NCBI GenBank assembly: GCA_030526935.1
Contig: JAUNBY010000003.1
Coordinates: forward strand, 730 to 30,136
Source: Clostridia bacterium
Lineage (GTDB): Bacteria; Bacillota; Clostridia; Christensenellales; Aristaeellaceae
Length of the DNA stretch: 29,407 nt
Direction: 5' to 3'
Under the pieces are notes generated by a model, which did not search any database, was not told the origin of the DNA, and saw nothing but the letters and a program-made list of their open reading frames with translations. Position 1 is the stretch's first letter. Each line of letters opens with the position of its first letter. Below are positions 16,338-24,511 of this stretch, one piece after another. A program made the translations under genes and the position numbers.

Positions 16338-17747
16338 CTAAACCGGGCGATAGTCCGGAGAATCCCCGTGAAGGGCTATCTGCTCGTTTAGAAGGTCGAT
16401 GTTCCCGCAGCCCAGCGTTATTACCAGATCTCCGGGCTTCCAATGCGCTCTGAGATATTTTTCCGCGTCGTCGAAGCCCGGCGTGAGCACAGCGTCGCAG
16501 CCTCTCTCTCTAAGCGGCGCTATCAGCATCTTCGAGGATATGTCCCCCGGGTCGGCCTCGCGCGCTGCGCAAATATCAGTTATCAGCAATTTATCGGCGT
16601 CGTGAAAAGTGTCCAGAAACTGGTTGAACAGTTTCTTCGTCCGCGAATAGGTGTGGGGCTGCCACACCGCCCACAATGTCCCGTGAGGCTGCAATTTGGC
16701 GATTTTCAGGGCGTTTTTGATTTCTGTCGGATTGTGTCCGTAATCCTGATATATCCGAACCGCGTCGGTCACGCTCGTCAAATCGAAGCGCCTGTGCGCT
16801 CCCGTAAACCTTTCCAGGCTTTCGGCAACCCGCGACATCGGCAATTCGCATATCGACGCGACCGCTATAACCGCAAGGGCGTCGAGCAGATTATGCTCGC
16901 CCGCCACCGCCAATTGAACCTCGCAAAGCTGATGCCCGTAAAGCGTAGCCCTGAAATGGGCTTTCCCCAGTTCGTCGTAGGATATGTCCTCGGCGCGTAT
17001 CTCGTTGTACGGATTAAGCCCGTAGGTGCGCGTATGGCGATTGGAATTCTCAAGCACCCTCCTTACGCGCATATCGTCTCCCCATCCAACACACCAGCCG
17101 CTCTGTTCGGGTGTGATCGCGGCAAAATCAGCAAACGCCCTTTCTATATCGTCGATATCTTTATAATAATCGAGATGATCCTCGTCAATATTCAATATAA
17201 CCGCTATTGTTGGCTTGAATTTCAGGAAGCTTCCCGCGAATTCGCAGGCTTCGGTTATAATCACGTCCTTTTTCCCCAATAATGTCGAGCCTCCCAGAGA
17301 ATCCAACTCGCCGCCTATGTGAACGGTAGGGTCGGTCTGGCAGTCCACGAACACCTGCGACATCATCGCGGTGGTCGTAGTCTTTCCGTGGGTGCCGCTT
17401 ATACCTATGGCCTGTCCGTAGCCCTCCATCAATTGTCCTATAAGCTCGGCCCGCTCTATTTGCGGTATGCCAAGCCTCTCCGCTTCAAGGCGCTCTATGT
17501 TGTCGGGAGAAATCGCCGCCGTATATACAACAAAATCGACGCCGTGAACATTTTCGGCCTCATGACCGATTTTAACCGGTATGCCGCTTGCCTCAAGAGC
17601 GTCGGTCTTGTGAGACGCGTCCCTGTCCGAGCCTTTAACCGTATATCCAAGCGCCTTCATTAGCGTCGCCAGCCCCGACATCGAGCATCCTCCTATGCCT
17701 ATAAAAGCGACCTTTCCCCCTGCATAATCCCTGATGTGCGCCTTCAT
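16338..17747 (-). CDS. murC: UDP-N-acetylmuramate--L-alanine ligase
   Basis: FIGIGGCSMSGLA, ISGTHGKTTT, EACE, NIDEDHLDYY, RRF, DYGHNPTEI and WQPHTYSRT motifs. Confidence 0.96.
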   Translation of the reverse strand: MKAHIRDYAGGKVAFIGIGGCSMSGLATLMKALGYTVKGSDRDASHKTDALEASGIPVKIGHEAENVHGVDFVVYTAAISPDNIERLEAERLGIPQIERAELIGQLMEGYGQAIGISGTHGKTTTTAMMSQVFVDCQTDPTVHIGGELDSLGGSTLLGKKDVIITEACEFAGSFLKFKPTIAVILNIDEDHLDYYKDIDDIERAFADFAAITPEQSGWCVGWGDDMRVRRVLENSNRHTRTYGLNPYNEIRAEDISYDELGKAHFRATLYGHQLCEVQLAVAGEHNLLDALAVIAVASICELPMSRVAESLERFTGAHRRFDLTSVTDAVRIYQDYGHNPTEIKNALKIAKLQPHGTLWAVWQPHTYSRTKKLFNQFLDTFHDADKLLITDICAAREADPGDISSKMLIAPLRERGCDAVLTPGFDDAEKYLRAHWKPGDLVITLGCGNIDLLNEQIALHGDSPDYRPV

Positions 17748-17863
17748 AATTATTTATGCCTCCAAAATCAAACTGTTACCATTATACGCCAGTCGAGGCC
17801 TTATCGGGTGTTAAATGTTTGTTGGATCGCTCTAAAGCGAATGCGGATGATAGCAATTACAAC

Positions 17864-17908
17864 AAATCCGAATTATAATAACGATTTATAGATTCAATAT
17901 TCGTGTTT
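17864..17908. promoter_or_regulatory. Inverted PurBox pair overlapping the purR -10 (candidate autoregulatory site)
   Basis: AAATCCGAATTAT (17864-17876, +) matches the PurBox consensus AWWWCCGAACWWT at 12/13; AAACACGAATATT (17908-17896, -) at 10/13; GAAT-N25-ATTC spacing; TATAAT at 17874-17879. Confidence 0.6.
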
Positions 17909-17918
17909 GGAGGGACAT

Positions 17919-18758
17919 ATGCGACGCATTAAACGGAGCGACAGACTCGGAGCGATGATGCAAACGCTAATGGCACATCCCAACAGGATTCACAATTTCA
18001 GCGAATTTTGCGATATGTTTCAGGCGGCCAAGTCCACAATCAGCGAGGATGTGGACATATTAAAGGCGTCCGTCGGGCAATTTGGCTATGGCGAGATAGA
18101 AACGCTGACAGGCGCTTCGGGGGGAGTGCGCTACAGGGCGAGCATAAGTCCCGATGCCGCGGCGAATGAGCTTAAAAAACTCGCGACTGCGCTTTCTAAA
18201 CCCGAAAGGCTTTTACCCGGGGGTTTTTTATATACCTCCGACATTACGTCCAATCCAGAGGTAGCGTCTTTGTTGGGACGAATGCTCGCACAGATGTTTT
18301 ACGCAACCAATCCCGATTTTGTGCTCACTATGGAAACCAAGGGCATACCCATCGCCACCATGACCGCGCACATGCTCGGCGTTCCTCTTGTAATCGCCCG
18401 AAGGGATACCAGGGCTTACGAAGGCTCGGCCGTTAAGATAAACTATATCGCGGGCGGGTCCGGAGAAAAGCTCGAAACCATGGCGCTGGCCCGCAGGGCG
18501 GTCAAGCCCGGCCAGAAAGCCGTCATCATCGACGACTTCATGAAAGGCGGAGGAACCCTCAAGGGCATGGCTGAGATGATGAGCGAATTCCAGGCGGAAG
18601 TAGTCGGCGTCGGGGTCATGATCGCCACAAAGGAGCCAGTCGTGAAGAGGATAAGCGGGGCGAAAACTCTTATGACGCTCGTAAAGGCAGACCCATCGAC
18701 CGGCGAGACGGTCATTGAACCGACTGACGATTTGACAAATCAGGGGGAAGTGAATTAG
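17919..18758 (+). CDS. purR: Bacillus-type pur operon repressor (winged HTH plus PRT domain)
   Basis: AKSTISED, ETLTGASGGVRY, RLLPGGFLY, TMETKGIP, PRPP loop IIDDFMKGGGT. Start moved from TTG 17907 to ATG 17919 after a GGAGGG RBS. Confidence 0.95.
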   Translation: MRRIKRSDRLGAMMQTLMAHPNRIHNFSEFCDMFQAAKSTISEDVDILKASVGQFGYGEIETLTGASGGVRYRASISPDAAANELKKLATALSKPERLLPGGFLYTSDITSNPEVASLLGRMLAQMFYATNPDFVLTMETKGIPIATMTAHMLGVPLVIARRDTRAYEGSAVKINYIAGGSGEKLETMALARRAVKPGQKAVIIDDFMKGGGTLKGMAEMMSEFQAEVVGVGVMIATKEPVVKRISGAKTLMTLVKADPSTGETVIEPTDDLTNQGEVN

Positions 18759-18760
18759 GA

Positions 18761-19462
18761 TTGTACGGCGTATGGTTTAACGCGCTTACCGTGATTATAG
18801 GCGGCATAACAGGCTGCGCGCTTCGCGGAGGTATACCCGCAAAATTTCGCTCTACCATAAATTACGGCCTCGCGCTTTGCGTTATGGTCATAGGGATTTC
18901 GGGCGCTATTGAGACGCAAAACGTCATGGGCGTCATAGTATCGGTCATTATAGGCTCAATTCTGGGCGAGGCGCTGCGGATAGACGACGGACTCGAAAGA
19001 ATCGGGCAATTCGCCCAATCGAAGTTTTCAGGCTCTGACGATTCTTTTTCTCAAGGCTTTGTGAGCGCGACGCTGCTTTTCTGCGTGGGAGCGATGGCGG
19101 TTGTCGGCTCGCTGGACGCGGGAATAAGCGGAAACGGGGACACGCTTATGGCAAAGTCCGTGCTCGACGGCGTTTCAGCCGCGATATTCGCTTCGACGCT
19201 GGGTCCGGGCGTCATACTATCAGCGGCGCCAATGACGCTGTATCAGGGCGGAATCGCCCTGCTGGCTTCTCAAATCGAGCCGTATCTTACCGATTACATG
19301 GTGGTCGAGCTATCGGCGGTGGGAAGCGTATTGATAATAGGGCTGTCGCTCAACATGCTGGATATTCTCAAACAACGCATACGAGTCGCCAACATGCTCC
19401 CGGCGATGGTCGTAATTATAGCGTATATTCCTCTGGCCGACTGGCTTAAATCTCTGTTCTGA
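18761..19462 (+). CDS. DUF554-family inner membrane protein
   Basis: Hydrophobic 233 aa with GFVSATLLFCVGAMAVVGSL and AKSVLDGVSAAIFASTLG motifs; TTG start 2 nt after the purR stop. Confidence 0.85.
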   Translation: MYGVWFNALTVIIGGITGCALRGGIPAKFRSTINYGLALCVMVIGISGAIETQNVMGVIVSVIIGSILGEALRIDDGLERIGQFAQSKFSGSDDSFSQGFVSATLLFCVGAMAVVGSLDAGISGNGDTLMAKSVLDGVSAAIFASTLGPGVILSAAPMTLYQGGIALLASQIEPYLTDYMVVELSAVGSVLIIGLSLNMLDILKQRIRVANMLPAMVVIIAYIPLADWLKSLF

Positions 19463-19471
19463 TGAAGTTGA

Positions 19472-19502
19472 GGCTGTCTCAATATTGAGGCAGCCCCTTT
19501 TC
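19472..19502. terminator. Intrinsic terminator between the convergent DUF554 and small genes
   Basis: GGCTGTCTCAA / TTGAGGCAGCC stem followed by CCTTTTT. Confidence 0.75.
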
Positions 19503-19523
19503 TTCCGGGATAATCGATCCTTA

Positions 19524-19745
19524 TTACAGAACAACGGAAGATGTGTACTCGATTTTTATGCCGTTTGATTTGGTTCTGGCGAGTTTGGCGCGATTTCCGG
19601 TTCCGTCATCCAGGGACAGGCGCTCGAGTTCATGAGCGTCGAAAAACGCTACTACGTCGTTTTCTACGAAATGCGCCCAATTCATACGCTTTTTATGATC
19701 GGGATTGTATTCCTCTTCCATGGTCATGTTTTCGTTCTCAGACAT
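19524..19745 (-). CDS. 73-aa hypothetical protein
   Basis: GAGGAGG RBS 5 nt before ATG 19745 (MSENENMTMEEEYNPDHKKRMNWAHFVENDVVAFFDAHELERLSLDDGTGNRAKLARTKSNGIKIEYTSSVVL), its own promoter, and it fills an otherwise empty gap. Confidence 0.8.
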   Translation of the reverse strand: MSENENMTMEEEYNPDHKKRMNWAHFVENDVVAFFDAHELERLSLDDGTGNRAKLARTKSNGIKIEYTSSVVL

Positions 19746-19778
19746 AATATCCTCCTCGTGATATGGTTTTGCCATGAA

Positions 19779-19807
19779 AGAATAGCACAATAAATCATAA
19801 AAGTCAA
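19779..19807 (-). promoter_or_regulatory. Sigma-A promoter of the 73-aa gene
   Basis: TTGACT (19807-19802), 17 bp, TATTCT (19784-19779) with TG extension. Confidence 0.7.
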
Positions 19808-19852
19808 GCGACGCCGCATCCGGATTTTTTAATATTTGAAAGGCGAAATGCC

Positions 19853-19881
19853 TTTATTCTTTTGAAATAATCTGGTATAAT
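19853..19881 (+). promoter_or_regulatory. Extended -10 promoter of the glycosylase-to-fnlC operon
   Basis: TG-G-TATAAT (19873-19881); weak -35 TTTATT at 17 bp spacing. Confidence 0.6.
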
Positions 19882-19923
19882 CCTAGGCATAGTGCGATTC
19901 CCGCACAAACGGAGGGATGGCGG

Positions 19924-20427
19924 TTGGATGAAATAACGGGCTTTGCCCCCGTATGGCGAAGCGACGCCAGAATTCTCGTGCTTGGAACGATGCCCTCCGT
20001 AGCTTCGCTTGAACAGGGCTTTTACTACGGACATCCGCGAAACGCGTTCTGGCCGATAATGGCGAGTATTCTGGGTGCGGAAGAACCCGAATCCATATCG
20101 GAGAAGGCGGATATGCTAAAAAACGCCGGGATTGCGCTTTGGGACGTTGCGCGCTCCTGCGTAAGACGCGGTTCTCTGGACAGCGATATAAAGCATGTCA
20201 GGCCTAACGAAATACTTGAACTATTGGCTTTGTGTCCCAATATAAAGCGCGTGCTTTTTAACGGCCAAAAGGCTCGCGAATTGTACGTCAGGCACATAGG
20301 CTTGCCGGGTGGCGTCGAATATATGACGCTCCCTTCCACAAGCCCCGCCTATACATTGAATTATAATAAAAAGCTTGAAGCGTGGCGAAAGGCTATAACA
20401 TTGGAGGAGTATAATGAACGCCGTTGA
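19924..20427 (+). CDS. Uracil-DNA glycosylase superfamily, family 6 (hypoxanthine / DNA-deoxyinosine glycosylase)
   Basis: ILVLGTMPSVAS, YYGHPRNAFW, IALWDV...C.R.GSLDSDI, FNGQKA and LPSTSPA motifs; TTG start after a GGAGGG RBS. Confidence 0.88.
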   Translation: MDEITGFAPVWRSDARILVLGTMPSVASLEQGFYYGHPRNAFWPIMASILGAEEPESISEKADMLKNAGIALWDVARSCVRRGSLDSDIKHVRPNEILELLALCPNIKRVLFNGQKARELYVRHIGLPGGVEYMTLPSTSPAYTLNYNKKLEAWRKAITLEEYNERR

Positions 20428-21727
20428 TTTGATAAACATAAAAAGGCGCGCGGAAGAACTCACCGGAGAACAGATAGAGGAATTCGTCGAAGGGGCATCC
20501 GGAAAGGGGAACTTCAGGGATTACCAGTTGGCGGCCATGCTCATGGCCATAGCTATAAACGGAATGACGCCCCGGGAGACGGTCGATCTGACAATGTCCA
20601 TGGCGCGATCTGGAGATATGCTCGATTTGAGCAAAATCGAGGGAATAAAAGTCGATAAGCACTCTACGGGGGGCGTCGGCGATACTACGACGCTGGTTCT
20701 GGCTCCTATCGTGGCTTCGTGCGGCGTAAAGGTCGCCAAGATGTCGGGGCGAGGGCTTGGACATACGGGAGGCACTCTCGACAAGCTCGAATCCATACCC
20801 GGATTGAGCGTATCCCTGTCCGAAGAGCGCTTTATCGAACAGGTCAACAAAATCTCGCTTGCGGTAGTCGGCCAGACGGCTTCCCTCGCCCCGGCGGACA
20901 AGGCGCTTTACGCCCTTCGCGACGTCACGGCGACGGTAGACAGCATGCCGCTTATAGTAAGCTCCATATTGTCGAAGAAGATCGCTTCCGGCGCGGATGT
21001 CGTGGTTCTCGACGTAAAAGCCGGAAACGGCGCGACGATGCCGACCGCCGAAAAGTCGCTCGAGCTTGCCCGTACCATGGTCGATATAGGAAACCTCACC
21101 GGACGCAGGTTCGAGGCGCTCGTCACCGATATGAGTCAGCCGCTCGGCCTCAACGTCGGCAACGCCATAGAGGTCGAGGAGGCCATAAGCATACTCAGGG
21201 GCGACATAAAAGGCGACTTGATGGATGTGTCCGTCAGGCTTGCCGGTGAAATACTGTTTTGCGCGGGAGTTGTAAAGTCGCGCGAAGAAGCAAGAAAGCG
21301 CGTCGCCAGAGCCATAGATTCCGGCGCGGGACTTGAAAAGCTTGGTCAGATGATCGCCTGGCAGGGCGGCGACGGGCGCGTTATAGACAACGTGAGACTC
21401 CTTCCCCAACCCGTTAGCACATTGACCGAAAAATCGCGTTCCTCCGGCTATATCGCCAAAATCGATACCATAGCCATAGGCAACGCGGCTAAGGCGCTTG
21501 GAGCGGGGCGCATCACAAAGGAAGACGATATAGACCCTTCGGTCGGCATAAAGATGAAAGTTCGCCTGGGCGACTATGTTTCAAAGGGCGACGCGCTTTG
21601 CGATCTGCTTATCGGCAGAACTTCAAAGACCGAAACGGCTCTGGCCATACTCGACGGAGCTTTTGAATACTCCGACGAAAAACCTGAACCTGCTTCGTTG
21701 TTTTATAATATGATTTCTGGAGATTAG
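20414..21727 (+). CDS. pdp: Pyrimidine-nucleoside phosphorylase
   Basis: DKHSTGGVGD, KMSGRGLGHTGGTLDKLESIPG, LYALRDVTATV, SKKIASG, LDVKAGNGA, VKMKVRLGD-like C-terminal motif. Confidence 0.96.
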   Translation: MNAVDLINIKRRAEELTGEQIEEFVEGASGKGNFRDYQLAAMLMAIAINGMTPRETVDLTMSMARSGDMLDLSKIEGIKVDKHSTGGVGDTTTLVLAPIVASCGVKVAKMSGRGLGHTGGTLDKLESIPGLSVSLSEERFIEQVNKISLAVVGQTASLAPADKALYALRDVTATVDSMPLIVSSILSKKIASGADVVVLDVKAGNGATMPTAEKSLELARTMVDIGNLTGRRFEALVTDMSQPLGLNVGNAIEVEEAISILRGDIKGDLMDVSVRLAGEILFCAGVVKSREEARKRVARAIDSGAGLEKLGQMIAWQGGDGRVIDNVRLLPQPVSTLTEKSRSSGYIAKIDTIAIGNAAKALGAGRITKEDDIDPSVGIKMKVRLGDYVSKGDALCDLLIGRTSKTETALAILDGAFEYSDEKPEPASLFYNMISGD

Positions 21728-21731
21728 TGCG

Positions 21732-22604
21732 TTGAAAAAGCTCGCCAAAACGCCCAAGTGGGCGGTTATAGCTATTATGTCAGTCGCGGCGTGGCTGACC
21801 GCGTGGCTCTGCGGCATGGGTCTGGATTCGCTTATCAGCCATATGTATGGCGTATGGGGAGTGACCGCTCGCAATATATCGCGAGCGCCACAATGGTTAA
21901 TCATACTGGTCGGCAACTACCAGCTGATAAGGGAAACCGCGCAGGCGTTGGCTCTTTTAGTCCCTGCGTATCTGTTGGCGAAGGCGTTTGGCATACCCAA
22001 AATCCATTGGGGGCGAAAGTCCGCTCTCGGGTTGATTTTGGGGGTTCTTACGGGAATTGCGACCGTCGGGGCGCTTCTGGCGAGCGACTCGATGCGCCTT
22101 AACCCGTCTTATATGAATTTCGACGTATCCATCGCCTTCTCGATACTGATGTACGCCGCGAACGCGTTGAGCCTGAGCTATCTTTTCGCGGGAATCATGC
22201 CGGAGGTTTTATCGGGAAAGAGGTTTAATTGCGATATATGGCTCCCCGCCATAATATGCGCGATTCTGACCGCTCCGGAATACGCGCCGGCTGCGGTCAT
22301 AAACGTAGCCATAATAGCGGCGGCGAGCGTTTTTATGGTCAAAGCGCTATCCGGTACAGGCGCGGCGTGCCTGTTCAGATTCGGGCTTTATTGGGTTTTA
22401 TTCGTCGTAATGGGCTGTCCGGGCGGCGCGGGGGGAGTATTCGAGTGCTATCCCGCTCACCTGGACTGTCTTTCGGGAGAGTATTCAGGCCCCGTCGGAG
22501 GCTTCATGCTTACCGTCGCTCTCGCGGCTGTAACGGTTTATTTGATTCGCAAATATCACTCGGGAGGAAATAATGGTCGTCTTATCTCTGACAAACGTAA
22601 ATAA
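21732..22604 (+). CDS. Polytopic membrane protein resembling CPBP/Abi (CAAX protease-like) proteins but lacking the catalytic residues
   Basis: 290 aa, about 8 hydrophobic segments; spacing of SYLFAG / LTAPE / FRFG and a C-terminal LSGEYSGPVGG resembles the CPBP layout EELLFRG / FxxxH / HxxxN / LxGGxFGPEG. Family call by eye only; the TTG start is uncertain. Confidence 0.55.
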   Translation: MKKLAKTPKWAVIAIMSVAAWLTAWLCGMGLDSLISHMYGVWGVTARNISRAPQWLIILVGNYQLIRETAQALALLVPAYLLAKAFGIPKIHWGRKSALGLILGVLTGIATVGALLASDSMRLNPSYMNFDVSIAFSILMYAANALSLSYLFAGIMPEVLSGKRFNCDIWLPAIICAILTAPEYAPAAVINVAIIAAASVFMVKALSGTGAACLFRFGLYWVLFVVMGCPGGAGGVFECYPAHLDCLSGEYSGPVGGFMLTVALAAVTVYLIRKYHSGGNNGRLISDKRK

Positions 22605-24492
22605 GAGTTTTGTGATGAATCGCGTGCTCACTGACGTAAATCTGTCCGTTCAAAAAGGCGGCAGGCTCGGCCTCGTAGGTGTAAACGGCAGCGGCAAATC
22701 AACGCTTTTAAAGCTTATAAACGGCGATATGCAGCCAGACAGCGGCTCCATATCCATCCCAAGGGGGACGAGCGTGGGTCTTCTCACGCAAAAAGCCGAT
22801 ATTCTGGGCGATCAAACCGTCCTCGAAGAATTGAGCCGCGTATTCGATCCGCTCAAGGACATGGAGAAACGGCTAAGACAGCTGGAGGATGAAATAGCCA
22901 ACCACCAAACGCCCGAACAGCTCGACAGTCTCAATAAGGAATACGCCCGCGTGACGGAGAAATTCGAGCGCGAAGGCGGCTATGAGTGGCCCAGCCGCAT
23001 ACAGGGAGTGCTCGCGGGACTTAAATTCGCCAGAGACAGGCAGGATCAGAAAGCGTCCGTATTGTCGGGCGGCGAGAAGACGCGGCTGTGCCTCGCGAGA
23101 ATACTTCTGAAAAATCCGGATATACTGCTGCTCGACGAACCTACAAACCATCTTGACCTGGAAAGCGTGGCGTGGCTCGAGGAAACGCTTAAAAAGTACA
23201 GGGGAACGGTCGTCATAATATCGCACGACCGCTATTTCCTGAACGCCCTGTGCGACAGCATAGCCGAAATAAGCATGACCCGCCTTACGCAATACCCCGG
23301 CAACTACGACAGATTTGTGACGCTTCGGGAGGAAAACCTGACCCGTCAGATAAAGGAATATAAAATGCAGCAGGCCGAGATCGCCCGCCACGAGGCGATA
23401 ATTGCCCGCTATAAGAGCTTCAACCGCGAAAAGTCTATAATCGCCGCCCGAAGCTGGGAGAAAAAGCTCGACAAAATCGAACAGAACCTGCTCGACAGGC
23501 CTATTCAGGAAAAGCAGGTGCGCTTCACCTTCAACGCGAGAAGGCGCTCGGGCGACGACGTGCTGTTTGTGCGCGATGTTTCCAAGAGCTTTGGCGAGAG
23601 GACGCTTTTTCAAAACTTCTCGCTGAGCCTGCATTCAGGCGACAGGGTCGCGCTCATAGGTCCCAACGGAATAGGAAAGACCACTCTTTTAAAGATCATA
23701 ATTGGTCGCTTAAAGCCCGACGGCGGAACGGTCGTTTTCGGCTCCAATGTGGATTGCGGCTATTACGACCAGCAGCAGGAGGGCTTGAATCCCAACAAGA
23801 CCGCCATGGACGAGGTGTGGGACACGTTCCCACGGATGGAGCCGGGCGACGTAAGAAGCGCGCTCGCGCTGTTTCTGATGACGGGAGAGGACGTGTTTCA
23901 AAAAATCGAAACCATGTCCGGAGGCGAAAAGGGGCGCGTCGAGATGGCAAAGCTCATGCTTCGCCGCGATAATCTGCTCATACTCGACGAACCCACGAAT
24001 CACCTCGACATGGACACCCGCGAGGTATTGGAACACGCTTTGGAGGATTTCGACGGGACGATACTCGCCGTATCTCACGACCGGTATTTCATAAACAGGG
24101 TCTGCGACCATGTGCTCGAAATGAGCGCCGACGGCGCTAAGATGTACGACGGCAATTACGACGAGTATTTGAGAAGAAAAGCCCGCGTGGACGTCGACGA
24201 CGGCTTTGAAAGCTCCGGCATGACCAAAACCGAGATAGACAAGCAAAAACGCCGCGAGAGGCAATTACTTCGCGAACGCGAAACGCTCAAACAGCGGGTC
24301 AGGCAACTCGAGGGGCAAATAACCGGCGCGGAGAAACAAATATCGCTTCTCGAACAGCGCATGTCGCTTCCCGAGACCTATCAGGACGGGGCGGTCGCCC
24401 AGGATCTCGCAAGACAATACGACCGCGCCAAACGCGAACTTGACGAATTATACGACGAATGGGCGCTCGCCTCCGAGCAGGCGCAGGAATAA
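22573..24492 (+). CDS. ABC-F family ribosome-associated ATPase (YdiF/Uup-like) with a C-terminal coiled coil
   Basis: Two NBDs (GVNGSGKS, LSGGEK, LLLDEPTNHLD; GPNGIGKT, MSGGEK, LILDEPTNHLD), helical linker, no TM segments, helical C-terminal extension. Confidence 0.93.
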   Translation: MVVLSLTNVNKSFVMNRVLTDVNLSVQKGGRLGLVGVNGSGKSTLLKLINGDMQPDSGSISIPRGTSVGLLTQKADILGDQTVLEELSRVFDPLKDMEKRLRQLEDEIANHQTPEQLDSLNKEYARVTEKFEREGGYEWPSRIQGVLAGLKFARDRQDQKASVLSGGEKTRLCLARILLKNPDILLLDEPTNHLDLESVAWLEETLKKYRGTVVIISHDRYFLNALCDSIAEISMTRLTQYPGNYDRFVTLREENLTRQIKEYKMQQAEIARHEAIIARYKSFNREKSIIAARSWEKKLDKIEQNLLDRPIQEKQVRFTFNARRRSGDDVLFVRDVSKSFGERTLFQNFSLSLHSGDRVALIGPNGIGKTTLLKIIIGRLKPDGGTVVFGSNVDCGYYDQQQEGLNPNKTAMDEVWDTFPRMEPGDVRSALALFLMTGEDVFQKIETMSGGEKGRVEMAKLMLRRDNLLILDEPTNHLDMDTREVLEHALEDFDGTILAVSHDRYFINRVCDHVLEMSADGAKMYDGNYDEYLRRKARVDVDDGFESSGMTKTEIDKQKRRERQLLRERETLKQRVRQLEGQITGAEKQISLLEQRMSLPETYQDGAVAQDLARQYDRAKRELDELYDEWALASEQAQE

Positions 24493-24511
24493 TCATTCAG
24501 GGGGATCATCG

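Noticed and set aside
16072-16341. 89-aa plus-strand ORF with AGGAG upstream, antisense to the T-box
   Set aside because: The RBS-like sequence is only about 2 nt from the ATG and is explained by a hairpin loop of the T-box insert; the ORF crosses conserved RNA motifs and a promoter.
19924-20427. DNA glycosylase as part of an anti-phage system
   Set aside because: It matches the ordinary family-6 repair enzyme and has no defence-type neighbours.
20393-21409. 338-aa ORF antisense to pdp, plus similar ORFs opposite the ABC-F gene and fnlA
   Set aside because: Shadow ORFs in GC-rich coding DNA with no independent support.
22573-24492. ABC-F as an antibiotic-resistance factor (Vga/Lsa/Msr/OptrA type)
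   Set aside because: No leader peptide or attenuator, embedded in a housekeeping operon, no mobile context, and a Uup/YdiF-like C-terminal extension. A phylogeny would be needed to exclude it fully.
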